Below are positions 33,216 through 42,715 of a stretch of DNA of 53,194 nucleotides, piece by piece. The number at the start of each line of letters is the position of its first letter. The stretch's first letter is position 1. The notes beneath the pieces are model-generated. The model worked only from the letters and a program-made list of their open reading frames with translations. It was not told where the DNA came from and did not search any database. The translations under genes and the position numbers were made by a program. The stretch is from an uncultured bacterium (GTDB taxonomy: Bacteria > Eisenbacteria > RBG-16-71-46 > CAIMUX01 > VGJL01). The stretch spans positions 32,416 to 85,609 of the forward strand of contig CAZNRY010000001.1 in the NCBI GenBank assembly GCA_964575675.1. Direction: 5' to 3'.

Positions 33216-34628
33216 TCAGGCAGCCTTGAGGGTGGTCCAGGTCTCCGACTTTTCATCCCCGCGCATCGTTCGCGTCACGCATTCTCCAAATGCCACCCGA
33301 AGACGGGGCAGCAGCGCCCTCGCCAGGGACCCGGGCTCGCGAAAATCGCGCACGCGGCCCAGGCGGGGGATGCCGGCCGGGGGATCCTCGCTGATTCCCA
33401 GCACCTCGCCAGGGCTCAGCGCGAAGAGGGACGGCGTGTCTCCCAGCGATGCGATCTGTTCGGGCGCCGTCGCCCGGCAGAGCCATGCAGTGCCGCTCAC
33501 CATGGCCGGCGAGGCGAGGATCGTCTGCGCCTCCGCGATGCGGGCCGCGCGCGAGTTCCACAACGGCAGCCGCACTCCGATACGGGTTCCACCCCCGGAA
33601 CGGCTCGATACGTGAAGCTCCCCGCCGAGGGCGATCGCGATCGCACGCACGATCGACAGGCCGACGCCCGCGTCTTGCGATTGCGGAGCGGCCATGCCCC
33701 GTTCCCGGGGCGAGCCCAGCAGGCGGGCCAACGCTCGGGCATCGAGGCCCGGACCCGTGTCCGCGACGGTGAGGCGCGCGAAACCCGGCATCTCAGGATC
33801 GCGCGCCGCTCCGATCTCGATCCGCGAGCCCGCGGGCGAGAACCGATGCGCATTGTCGATCAGATGACGCAAGGCCTGCGCGAGGCGTTCCGCGTCGCCG
33901 CAGATCGTGGGCGTGTCGGGCTCGAGGTGGACCGCAATCTCCTGCCGGCGGCTGCGCAGTCTCGGGATCGCCCACTCGAGCAAGTCCTCCAACAGCGGTT
34001 TCGCCTCGATGCGATCGAGGCGCACCGCGACGGCGAACCCGGCCTCCGCGCGGGAGGCATCAACCATCTCCTCGACCCGCTCGGCTACCCGCTCCGCCGC
34101 GCCCTTCGCCTCGGTCAACAATCTCCGCTGGGGCCCGGGGATCTGTTGCGCCGTCCCGTCGAGGAGCAGCTCGAGGTAATCCACGACCGCGTTCAGACGC
34201 GAGGTCACCTCCTCGGCCAGCGATCCCATCTGGCCGCGACGTGTCTCGATCTGTCGCGCGAGTTCCCGCTGCTGCCGGCGAAGCTCGATCTCGAGACCGG
34301 CGATCCGGGCGAGGGAGCGGACCCGGGCGGCGATCTCCTCTCGATGGACCGGAAGGCGCACGAAGTCCTGCGGCCCCTCTCCGGACGCCTGCGGAATCGT
34401 TGAACCGTGGGGCAAGAGCCAAAGCGTCGGAAGGATTGAATCCAACGGCTTTGAGCCCTCCAAGGACCTCTCGCGGATCTGGATCTCGATCTTACCCTCC
34501 GGTGTATCCGTCACGGCGCCTGTGGCGGGAGTCTCCTCCAGCCGCCAGCCGAACGGGTCCAGGGCGTTGCGAACGATGCGGAGATGATCGGGCTTCAGAT
34601 CGGTTAGCCAAACGCGGTCGGGTATCAT
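33216..34628 (-). CDS. histidine-kinase-like protein with degenerate H-box, flanked by receiver-like regions
   Basis: RBS GGGAGGGA precedes ATG 34628. HATPase motifs are intact (LIDNAHRFSP, VADTGPGLD, GVGLSIV). The DHp H-box reads SLAEEVTSRLNAV, with Glu where the phospho-His is expected. The N-terminus resembles a receiver (DFVRLPVHREEIAARVRSLAR). About 110 aa at the C-terminus are unassigned. Confidence 0.65.
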   Translation of the reverse strand: MIPDRVWLTDLKPDHLRIVRNALDPFGWRLEETPATGAVTDTPEGKIEIQIRERSLEGSKPLDSILPTLWLLPHGSTIPQASGEGPQDFVRLPVHREEIAARVRSLARIAGLEIELRRQQRELARQIETRRGQMGSLAEEVTSRLNAVVDYLELLLDGTAQQIPGPQRRLLTEAKGAAERVAERVEEMVDASRAEAGFAVAVRLDRIEAKPLLEDLLEWAIPRLRSRRQEIAVHLEPDTPTICGDAERLAQALRHLIDNAHRFSPAGSRIEIGAARDPEMPGFARLTVADTGPGLDARALARLLGSPRERGMAAPQSQDAGVGLSIVRAIAIALGGELHVSSRSGGGTRIGVRLPLWNSRAARIAEAQTILASPAMVSGTAWLCRATAPEQIASLGDTPSLFALSPGEVLGISEDPPAGIPRLGRVRDFREPGSLARALLPRLRVAFGECVTRTMRGDEKSETWTTLKAA

Positions 34629-34830
34629 CGATTCCCTCCCTTTCTAGCCCATTCATCGGCTGGGCCGCCGGAACGCTTGAGGAGGGGCCGGCTTGATCGG
34701 ATGGCCGAACATGCCTAGCCTCCGTCAAGGAGGGGTCTGACCAGGCCGATGCAACCGAGGGGGGAATCCCGCTCCCGCCCGGTCTTGATACGAGTACCCG
34801 GAGGTCACCGTCATCCGAATCGCCTGCATC

Positions 34831-36756
34831 ATGCTCTGGTTCATCGGCTTGCTCGCCGCCGTCCCGAGCTACGCAGTCCCTCCGGCCGGCGCGAGCGCGG
34901 ACTCGTCGCAGGCCGCGGGGATTCTGAACCGTCTCCGCCTGCACCCCGACTACACCTCCAGCTACTCGGTCAACCGGACCTCCCGCCAATGGGACCAGAC
35001 CTTCCAGGTTTCCCGTGAACTCGGACCGTTCGTTTTCAGGAACAACTGGGGCCTCAATCAACGCCGCGACGAGGCGCAGAGCAATCTCCGATCGAAGCGC
35101 GGACAGATGGGGTTCAAGGCCGACTACGGCATCGGGCCTGAACAGCTCTGGAGGATCGGCGTCGCCGGCACGTTCAAGAGGGACTCGCAACTCTCGACCC
35201 GCAGCGACCAGGTCGAGAACCGCTCGGACCTATCCCTCGCGGTCAACACAACGCTCCCGGAACAGATGATGCACCGCCTCGGATTCCTCCAGCCCTTTAG
35301 TTTGACCACCGGGGCGGACGTGGGATACGGGACGGACCGGAACGTCAACCGCCGCTCGGCCCGGCGCGATTCGACATGGGTGAACGGTCTGATCCAGCAC
35401 TACGCGGCCGGGCTGTCGGGAGAGGTCGGCGGGGTCACCCTGAACGGCAGCGCGACGTCCGATCTTCGAAGCGGCGATTCCACGACGCGCCAGCGCGACA
35501 CGAACGGCGTTCTCATCAACGACCTGAAGGACAAGACCGACAGCCGGTCGCGCCATCTGGACGGAGATCTGCAGTGGAAGCCCGTCGCGAGCCTCAGTGC
35601 GACCGCGACGACGCGCTGGGTCCACGAGTTGAACCAGTACTGGGACATCCAGGCGAACAACCAGTTGGGCGGGCAGGAATCAAAGGACGGGCGAGACATC
35701 GGCTCGAACGCCGTGATCGAGTGGAAACCGTCCGAGACGACCAAGCTCCGCGGCGAGCTGGGGAACGGATCGACCCAAGCCTCCTACAAGCTCCAGAGCA
35801 AGGGCTTCAAGAAGAAGACCGTGAACGGGAAGTTCGACGGCTCGTTCACTGTCCCCTCGTTCGCGGGCCCGCTGGGTTCCACGGAGCTGCAGGCCGCATA
35901 CAGCGCGGACGAGGCGCGCAACGCGCTAGAGGACGGAATCGACTACCGCCAGGCGAACCGCCGCCTCCGCCTCGCGGCGAGCAGGAAGCTCGGCCGGAAG
36001 CTTCAGGCCGCCGTCAGCGAGGAGATCTCGCTCCTGCAGTATTTCTATGAAGACGGCAGCAACGATCGCGATGAGAGGCGGATCGTGACCGACGGCGTCC
36101 TGAACTACTACCCGTCGCCGAGCTTCAGCGGCTACTTCAACCTCAATCTGGGCGACCGCAAGGCGGTGAACATCCCCGGCACGAAGGCGATCAACAACAG
36201 CACGAACCAGAGCTATCGGGTGAGCACTCAGATCGCCTACTCCCGCGGCGCGATGCGGGTCGAGCAGCAGTACACGGTCCAAGCGGACTACATCTACTAT
36301 CAATTCCAGAAGGGGACCGACGCTCTGATCCGTACCAACAGGGTGACCACGACCCTCACGAACACGGTCTGGAGGCGGATCGGCACGGGGCTCCAGCACG
36401 AGTACCAGTTCACGGAGTCGGGACGCTACATCGCGTCCGAGGCCGGCGGGCGGCGGGCCTACACGCCGTCGCAAGAAGAGACGCGGCAGCTCCTTTCCCT
36501 GACGGCCAGCTACCCGTTCGGGATCCTCCGGGTGGACGCGCGGCAGATGTTCGAGCTGCGCCGGACAGGCGAGGTGAAACCGGCCGGCGTCCCGCGGAAG
36601 ATCAGGGAAAGCCGGCGCGGCGAGTTCTCCATCCGCGGCGAGCTCGAGCAGAAGTTCTCGAACACGTTCAGCCTCCGGGCGTCCTTCCAGAAGACCCAGT
36701 CGATGACCGAGCGGGGCTACTGGACGGTCAGGGCTTCGGTCCAGAAGGGTTTCTGA
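34831..36756 (+). CDS. outer-membrane beta-barrel protein, unknown family
   Basis: Signal peptide MLWFIGLLAAVPSYAVPPAGA. Alternating-residue beta-strand patterns run throughout. C-terminus YWTVRASVQKGF has the aromatic terminal residue typical of BAM substrates. Confidence 0.65.
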   Translation: MLWFIGLLAAVPSYAVPPAGASADSSQAAGILNRLRLHPDYTSSYSVNRTSRQWDQTFQVSRELGPFVFRNNWGLNQRRDEAQSNLRSKRGQMGFKADYGIGPEQLWRIGVAGTFKRDSQLSTRSDQVENRSDLSLAVNTTLPEQMMHRLGFLQPFSLTTGADVGYGTDRNVNRRSARRDSTWVNGLIQHYAAGLSGEVGGVTLNGSATSDLRSGDSTTRQRDTNGVLINDLKDKTDSRSRHLDGDLQWKPVASLSATATTRWVHELNQYWDIQANNQLGGQESKDGRDIGSNAVIEWKPSETTKLRGELGNGSTQASYKLQSKGFKKKTVNGKFDGSFTVPSFAGPLGSTELQAAYSADEARNALEDGIDYRQANRRLRLAASRKLGRKLQAAVSEEISLLQYFYEDGSNDRDERRIVTDGVLNYYPSPSFSGYFNLNLGDRKAVNIPGTKAINNSTNQSYRVSTQIAYSRGAMRVEQQYTVQADYIYYQFQKGTDALIRTNRVTTTLTNTVWRRIGTGLQHEYQFTESGRYIASEAGGRRAYTPSQEETRQLLSLTASYPFGILRVDARQMFELRRTGEVKPAGVPRKIRESRRGEFSIRGELEQKFSNTFSLRASFQKTQSMTERGYWTVRASVQKGF

Positions 36757-37334
36757 TGCGCTTGGTGATTCCTTCGCGATCGCTCGCCTCCGCCGCAGGG
36801 GTCGGGGCCCTCTGCCTCGCGCTCTCGATCGGTTGCGGTCTCTTCGATCTCCGCGACCCGGAGCCCCCCTCGACCGACACGGTACCCTTCGTTCCCGCGA
36901 CCGATCCGCACATCGTCCTTCAGAACCTCAGGGTGTCGGCGGAAGCGAAATCGACCTCGAACTTCATCAAGTCGATCACGACCGACTATGTGTGGCGTTT
37001 CGATCCTTTCGACGTCGTCAGCGACTCCGTATGGGCGGGGGACCGCGACCTGAGCGCGCTGGAGTCGATGTTCAAGAACACCGGAACGGTCAAGCTCACC
37101 TGGGCGCCAAATGACTCGGGACCGTGGGAAAGCGGCCGATACTACGGGAACCTGGGTTACCGCTTGGTGTTTCGGCGGAGCGCGACCGACAGCGTCATGT
37201 TCCGGGGCAAGTGCACCATCTACCTCCGGCAGGTGGGAACACAGTGGACGGTCTATCGGTGGGCTGACGTGAACGACGGTACAGACGTCTCCACATGGGG
37301 TTACGGGAAGCTCAATCCGAACTTCAGCCAATAG
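36756..37334 (+). CDS. lipoprotein, unknown function (paralog 1)
   Basis: TGATG junction with the barrel gene. Lipobox LALSIGC. The mature part shares DP-PP, VL-NL, DY..FDP.DV and W..I.W.D motifs with the next gene. Confidence 0.6.
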   Translation: MRLVIPSRSLASAAGVGALCLALSIGCGLFDLRDPEPPSTDTVPFVPATDPHIVLQNLRVSAEAKSTSNFIKSITTDYVWRFDPFDVVSDSVWAGDRDLSALESMFKNTGTVKLTWAPNDSGPWESGRYYGNLGYRLVFRRSATDSVMFRGKCTIYLRQVGTQWTVYRWADVNDGTDVSTWGYGKLNPNFSQ

Positions 37335-37407
37335 CGCGGGCATTAGGCCTCCCGAAGTGGTATGATAAGCACGGTCCCGCACGGCAGAAGAAAAGGAGAT
37401 GGCGGTC

Positions 37408-38037
37408 ATGTCGTTTCACCGAGTGATTGTGAAATGGAGCCTCCTGGCTCTGCCGGTGCTGCTGCTGCTCATGGCCGGCTGTCCGTTCAGTCCGGAGAAG
37501 GACCCGAAGCCGCCCGTCGACCCGCCCGATCCGGACTACGTCGCGAACACGAGCATCACGAACGTCCTGGCCAACCTGAAGACTTCCTACAACAAGCAGA
37601 ACATCGAGCAGTACAAAGCCCTGCTGCACCAAGACTACCTGTACATCTTCGATCCGAGAGATGTCGGGACGCACGGGATCCCGGAATCCTGGATTTATCC
37701 GGACGAAGTGGCGAGCGCCGAGCACCTGTTCCGTTCCGATCCGAACACGGACGGATACAAGATGGAGACCATCTCCCTGAACTACCTGCCGGGCAGCGAC
37801 GTCGTGAGCCAGGTCGAGCCCGGCTGGCGGATGGTCACCCTCACCCAGATCACGCTCCTCGTCGACACGCGGCACAAGGACAACGGCGATCCGCTCCGCT
37901 ACGAGGTCATCGGGGACCAGGCCGACATCCACTTCCTCCAGACCGATGCGATCGACCAGGCCTCCGGTCTCAGGATCTGGAAGATCATCTACTGGGTCGA
38001 CAAGCCGATCGGTGCTCTGCTGGCAGCCAAGAACTAG
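37408..38037 (+). CDS. lipoprotein, unknown function (paralog 2)
   Basis: Lipobox LLLMAGC. AAGGAG lies 9 nt upstream of ATG 37408; the ORF-track ATG 37399 abuts the RBS. Remote similarity to the preceding lipoprotein. Confidence 0.6.
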   Translation: MSFHRVIVKWSLLALPVLLLLMAGCPFSPEKDPKPPVDPPDPDYVANTSITNVLANLKTSYNKQNIEQYKALLHQDYLYIFDPRDVGTHGIPESWIYPDEVASAEHLFRSDPNTDGYKMETISLNYLPGSDVVSQVEPGWRMVTLTQITLLVDTRHKDNGDPLRYEVIGDQADIHFLQTDAIDQASGLRIWKIIYWVDKPIGALLAAKN

Positions 38038-38043
38038 CACGCA

Positions 38044-39240
38044 TTGTCCCGTCGATCGAAACGCCGCACCTTGAAGCCGCTCCCCGTGGGGGCGGCTTTC
38101 CTTCTGATCGTGCTTGCGGGCGTCCTGTTCACGATCCTCTGGAGGAAGCCCGCCGAGGTAGCGCCCGTCGAGAGGTCGTTCAAGCCGCTCGATCGGCCGG
38201 CCGCGTCCCGGGGTCAAGACCGCGTTCTCCCGCCCGGGTCCGTCGCCTCCGTCCCCTCCGGAGCGGACCACTCGATCGCCGCCGCGCCGAAGGGTCTGGC
38301 GGGTCTCATCGGCGTCTATCTGTCCGACCGCCGTTTCGAGACGACCGTCGGGACCCGCGACGCCGATCTGATCTGTCATCTTCCCGAGGGCGGCTCGCTG
38401 TTCAAGGTCCACGCGGAGCTCTCCACGGCCGTCCGTGTCTGGGGCGGCACGATTCTCTCGGGCGAGGAGAAGACCCTCGACAAGGGACGGCGCGCACTCG
38501 ACCTCGCGATCGCGAGGCGGGGAGAGACGATCCGTCTTCGCCTCCTTCATGAAAGGGAGGCGCCGCGGGAAGCACGGATCGCTCTTGTCATCGACGATTT
38601 CGGTTTTCAGGAGCCGGATCTGATCGGCAGGTTTCTCGATCTCCCGATTCCCTTCACCCCCGCCATTCTTCCGGGGTATCCCCGGTCGATCCACGCCGCG
38701 CGTTGGGCGGAGCAGAAGGGGCGCAGGCCGATCCTTCACCTGCCGATGGAACCGAAGAATTATCCTGCAGAAAACCCGGGCCCGGGCGCGCTCTTCGTCC
38801 GGATGAACCGGGCGGAGAAGCGGGCGATCGTGGAGGGTGATCTTCTTGGTCTTGCTGCGATCGTCGGGGTGAGCAACCACATGGGAAGCAGGGCGAGCGA
38901 GGACACGGCCTTGGCGGGCGCAGTCCTCGATCTTCTTCGGGACCGCCGTCTCTTCTTCCTCGACAGCGGCACTTCGATGCACTCGGTGTTCCCCGCGGAA
39001 GCCGCACGGCGTGGGGTCCCCTGTCTTGCCGCCGATCTCTTCCTGGATGGGGAGGCGAACCCGACCCCAGCAACGATGGGCAAGCGGCTGGCCGAAGCGC
39101 GCGACTTGGCGTTGCGGACGGGAAGCGTCATCCTGATCGGCCATGCCCGCCCGGCGACCCTCGCCTTCCTAACCTCCGTACCGGATAGCCTTAGGGCGTG
39201 GGGTTGCAGCATCGTTCCGTTGGCTGACCTCTTGCGTTGA
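38044..39240 (+). CDS. divergent polysaccharide deacetylase (YibQ/DUF610) family protein
   Basis: TTG start and an N-terminal TM. RIALVIDDFGFQ...LPIPFTPAILPGYPRS...ILHLPMEP...GVSNHMGS. Confidence 0.75.
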   Translation: MSRRSKRRTLKPLPVGAAFLLIVLAGVLFTILWRKPAEVAPVERSFKPLDRPAASRGQDRVLPPGSVASVPSGADHSIAAAPKGLAGLIGVYLSDRRFETTVGTRDADLICHLPEGGSLFKVHAELSTAVRVWGGTILSGEEKTLDKGRRALDLAIARRGETIRLRLLHEREAPREARIALVIDDFGFQEPDLIGRFLDLPIPFTPAILPGYPRSIHAARWAEQKGRRPILHLPMEPKNYPAENPGPGALFVRMNRAEKRAIVEGDLLGLAAIVGVSNHMGSRASEDTALAGAVLDLLRDRRLFFLDSGTSMHSVFPAEAARRGVPCLAADLFLDGEANPTPATMGKRLAEARDLALRTGSVILIGHARPATLAFLTSVPDSLRAWGCSIVPLADLLR

Positions 39241-39319
39241 CAGAGCCCCCCAAGGGACGCTAGCCTCTACATTTGTTGTCGTTTTGCGCCCTTTTCGGCG
39301 CACCGGAGGCGTGCCAGGG

Positions 39320-40915
39320 ATGAACAAATCGTACCGATGGAAGCTGATTCTCCTCGTCGCGCTGGTCGCGATGTCGACCTACGCCCTGCTGCCGACCTTC
39401 CAGTTTTACGGTCGGCCCGAGGCGGCGCGAAACGACCCGCGAGACCCCGAGTTGCGGGACCTGAGGAGCAAGGCCCTGAAGCTGGGACTCGACCTCAAGG
39501 GAGGGATGCACCTCTTGCTCGAGCTCGACAAGAGCAAGCTCCCCTCCGACGCCTCGGCGCGCGATGCAATGGATCAGGCGATGGAGATCCTGCGGAACCG
39601 GATCGACCAGTTCGGCGTCGCCGAGCCGATCATCCAGCGACAGGGCGAGGACCGGATCCTGATCCAGCTCCCGGGGCTTCTCGACAAGGGACGGGCGGTC
39701 CAGCTGATCGGGCAGACGGCCCAGCTCGAGTTCAAGCTCGTGAAGCAGGCCTCGGAGTCGCGTCAGGTGATCGATCGCCTGAACCGCGCCCTGGCCGGCC
39801 GGTCGGCCGACCTGCCTGATTCGCTTCTCGCCGACTCCGTCAGCGTGGCGAATCCTCTGACCGATCTCTTCTTCGACTATCCGGACATGTCCCGCTTCGG
39901 CGGCGCCACGATCCTCGAGGAGGATTTCCCGAAGCTGCAGAAGCTCCTCAGCACGGTCAACGTCGATTCCCTGATCCCGCGGGACGCATCGATCGGTTTC
40001 AGCACCCAGCCCGAGACCTTTGAGCAGGGGCGGACGGGGCGGGTGCTCTACGTCACGACGCGCAGGGCCGAGATGGTCGGCTCTGCGATCGCGAACGCGA
40101 TCATGAAGTTCGGTCTCGATCCTCGGTCTCCCAACTCGCCCGGGGTTTCCTTCACGCTGACGAGCAAGGGAGCCAACACCTTCCGGAAGGTCACGGGAGC
40201 GAACGTCAACCGCCAGCTCGCGATCGTCCTCGACAACAAGGTCGCCTCCGCCCCCGTCATCCGGGACCGTATTCCGACCGGGCAGGGACAGATCACGGGG
40301 CGATTCTCCGACGCCGAGGCGAAGGACCTCGCGATCGTTCTCCGGACGGGCGCGCTGCCCGCGCCGGTCCGAATCGTCGAGGAGCGGACCGTCGGTCCGT
40401 CGCTCGGACGGGACTCGATCACGAGCGGGGTCCGGGCCGGCGTCGTGGGCGCGGTCATCGTGATCGCCTTCATGCTGATCTACTACCGGGGGAGCGGCCT
40501 GATCGCAATCACCACCCTGATCTTGAACATGTTCTTCCTGTTCGGCGGATTGGCGGCCCTCCGCGGCACCCTGACGCTCCCCGGCATGGCCGGGATCGTC
40601 CTGACCATCGGAATGGCGGTCGACGCAAACATCCTGGTCTTCGAACGGATCCGGGAAGAGCTTCGAGCCGGAAAGACGGTGCGCGTCGCGGTGGACAACG
40701 GCTTCGATCGGGCATGGCGCACCATCCTCGACGCGAACCTGACCACGCTGATCAGCGCGATCGTCCTCTTCCGATTCGGAACGGGGCCAATCAAGGGCTT
40801 CGCGATCACGCTCGGGATCGGGATCATCGCGAACCTCTACACCGCAGTATTCGTCGCGAGGCTGATCTTCGAGGCGTACCTCGCGCGGCGGTCGGTGCGG
40901 AGCCTGTCGATCTAG
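39320..40915 (+). CDS. secD: protein translocase subunit SecD
   Basis: MNKSYRWKLILLVALVAMSTYALLPTF, LGLDLKGGMHLLLE, GQITGRFSDAEAKDLAIVLRTGALPAPVRIVEERTVGPSLG, and a C-terminal 6-TM domain. Confidence 0.9.
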   Translation: MNKSYRWKLILLVALVAMSTYALLPTFQFYGRPEAARNDPRDPELRDLRSKALKLGLDLKGGMHLLLELDKSKLPSDASARDAMDQAMEILRNRIDQFGVAEPIIQRQGEDRILIQLPGLLDKGRAVQLIGQTAQLEFKLVKQASESRQVIDRLNRALAGRSADLPDSLLADSVSVANPLTDLFFDYPDMSRFGGATILEEDFPKLQKLLSTVNVDSLIPRDASIGFSTQPETFEQGRTGRVLYVTTRRAEMVGSAIANAIMKFGLDPRSPNSPGVSFTLTSKGANTFRKVTGANVNRQLAIVLDNKVASAPVIRDRIPTGQGQITGRFSDAEAKDLAIVLRTGALPAPVRIVEERTVGPSLGRDSITSGVRAGVVGAVIVIAFMLIYYRGSGLIAITTLILNMFFLFGGLAALRGTLTLPGMAGIVLTIGMAVDANILVFERIREELRAGKTVRVAVDNGFDRAWRTILDANLTTLISAIVLFRFGTGPIKGFAITLGIGIIANLYTAVFVARLIFEAYLARRSVRSLSI

Positions 40916-40966
40916 GGAAACAGGCCCGGCGGACGGGCCGCAGGACGAGGGAGAGGCGGAGAGATT

Positions 40967-41914
40967 ATGTTGCAGGTTCTGGTGGGATCGAAAATCCCGT
41001 TCATGAAGTACCGGCGGTATGCCTACATCTTCTCGTCGTTGATGATCCTCGCGGGGATCATCTCGGTGGCGACCAAGGGCGGATTCCGCCTCGGGGTCGA
41101 CTTCGCCGGTGGGATTCTCGTGGAGTACCGGTTCGATCGGATGATCGAGACGGACCAGCTGCGCAGCGTCCTCGCGGACGGCGGATGGCGGGACGCAGAG
41201 ATCCAGGCGAGCGAGGGGGGGCAGAGCTTCCTGATCCGGATCCCGGTTGCCGAGGAGCGGGAAACGGGCGAAAAGGCCGCGTCGGCCCGGATCCTCGAGG
41301 TGCTCCAGAAGGAGATCCCCGGCATCCAGGGGGACCTGCTCCGTGAGGAGGTCGTGGGGCCGCGAGTCGGCCGCGAGCTCCGCAGCAAAGCGTTCTGGGC
41401 GGTGGTGATCGCGCTCCTCGGCATCCTGATCTATGTCGGCGTCCGGTACGAATTCCGCTTCGCCCTCGGAGGAGTCATCGCGCTCTCCCACGACGTGCTC
41501 GTCGTGTTGAGCTTTTTCTCCTTCACGAACAGGGAAATCACGATTCCGACCATCGCCGCGCCCCTTACGATCCGCGGTTACTCGAACAACGACACGATCG
41601 TCGTCTTCGACCGGATCCGCGAGCGGATGAAGGGGATCGGACGCGCCCCCGATGCGGCGCTCTTCGACCTGGCCGTCAACCAGACACTCAGCCGGACGTT
41701 CATCACGGGGCTGACCGTCTTTCTGTGCGCCGAGGCGCTCTTCTTCCTGGGCGGGCCGGTGATCCACGACTTCGCCTTCGCGATGCTGATCGGCGTCGGG
41801 TTCGGGACCTACTCTTCGGTTTACGTAGCCTCCGCATTGGCGCTCGATCTCTTCCTCTCCGGGGAGCGCCGCCGTGTGGCCGCCGAGGCCCAGACCGCGA
41901 AGCTGAAGGCCTGA
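40967..41914 (+). CDS. secF: protein translocase subunit SecF
   Basis: GVDFAGGILVEY, VGPRVGRELRSKA, HDVLVVLSFFS, YSNNDTIVVFDRIRE. Confidence 0.9.
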   Translation: MLQVLVGSKIPFMKYRRYAYIFSSLMILAGIISVATKGGFRLGVDFAGGILVEYRFDRMIETDQLRSVLADGGWRDAEIQASEGGQSFLIRIPVAEERETGEKAASARILEVLQKEIPGIQGDLLREEVVGPRVGRELRSKAFWAVVIALLGILIYVGVRYEFRFALGGVIALSHDVLVVLSFFSFTNREITIPTIAAPLTIRGYSNNDTIVVFDRIRERMKGIGRAPDAALFDLAVNQTLSRTFITGLTVFLCAEALFFLGGPVIHDFAFAMLIGVGFGTYSSVYVASALALDLFLSGERRRVAAEAQTAKLKA

Positions 41915-41956
41915 TTCCCTTCGGGGGCCGGAAGTCCCTCTGCTAGACTCCCGTTA

Positions 41957-42006
41957 CCCGGGGCTGCCGCACGCGGTAAGGAACCGCCCCGGCCGCCCCG
42001 GGTTTT
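41957..42006 (+). terminator. terminator-like stem followed by TTTT after secF
   Basis: CCCGGGGC (41957-41964) pairs with GCCCCGGG (41995-42002), followed by TTTT (42003-42006). The 30-nt loop is large, so this call is weak. Confidence 0.3.
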
Positions 42007-42029
42007 CTAGATCCTTGAGGACATGGCCC

Positions 42030-42713
42030 ATGCGTACCTTCGTTCGCTTCCTGCTGCCGGCCCTGGCGCTGGCGGGGCTGCTGGCCCTGCCGCCATACTC
42101 CGGCGCGCAGCCGGCGCCGGGATTCACGATCGCCCGTTTGCAGTACGACGGCGGAGGGGACTGGTACGGCAATCCTTCGAGCCTGCCGAACCTGGCGCGC
42201 GCTCTCCGGGAGCGGACCCCGATCCCGATCGACCGCATCGATGAGGCCCGCGTCTCCCTGATGGACGAGAACCTCTTCGACTATCCTTTCCTCTACATGA
42301 ACGGTCACGGGAACATCCGATTCAGCGATGCCGAGGTGGACCGCCTTCGCAGGTATCTCCTCTCGGGCGGGTTCCTGTTCGCGGATGACAATTACGGGAT
42401 GGACGAGAGTTTCCGGCGGGAGATCGCACGCGTGTTTCCCGACAGGAAGCTCATTGACGTGCCCTTCGATCATCCCGTCTACCACAGCTTCTATTCCCTC
42501 GCCGGCGGACCGCCGAAAATCCACGAGCACGATGGAAAGCCTCCGGAGGGGCTCGGGATCTTCGATGGCGATCGCCTCGTCGTTTTCTACACGTACGAGG
42601 CCGACATCGGCGACGGGATCGAGGATCCGGAAGTCCACAAGGACCCTCCCGAGAAGAGGGAGGATGCGATGCGCATGGCGATCAACGTCGTGGTCTACGC
42701 ACTGACGCGCTGA
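42030..42713 (+). CDS. DUF4159-domain secreted protein (GATase1-like fold)
   Basis: GAGGA lies 8 nt before ATG 42030. Signal peptide MRTFVRFLLPALALAGLLALPPYSGAQP. GGGDWYGNPSSLPNL, FDYPFLYMNGHGNIRFSDAEVDRLRRYLLSGGFLFADDNYG. Confidence 0.75.
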   Translation: MRTFVRFLLPALALAGLLALPPYSGAQPAPGFTIARLQYDGGGDWYGNPSSLPNLARALRERTPIPIDRIDEARVSLMDENLFDYPFLYMNGHGNIRFSDAEVDRLRRYLLSGGFLFADDNYGMDESFRREIARVFPDRKLIDVPFDHPVYHSFYSLAGGPPKIHEHDGKPPEGLGIFDGDRLVVFYTYEADIGDGIEDPEVHKDPPEKREDAMRMAINVVVYALTR

Positions 42714-42715
42714 CG

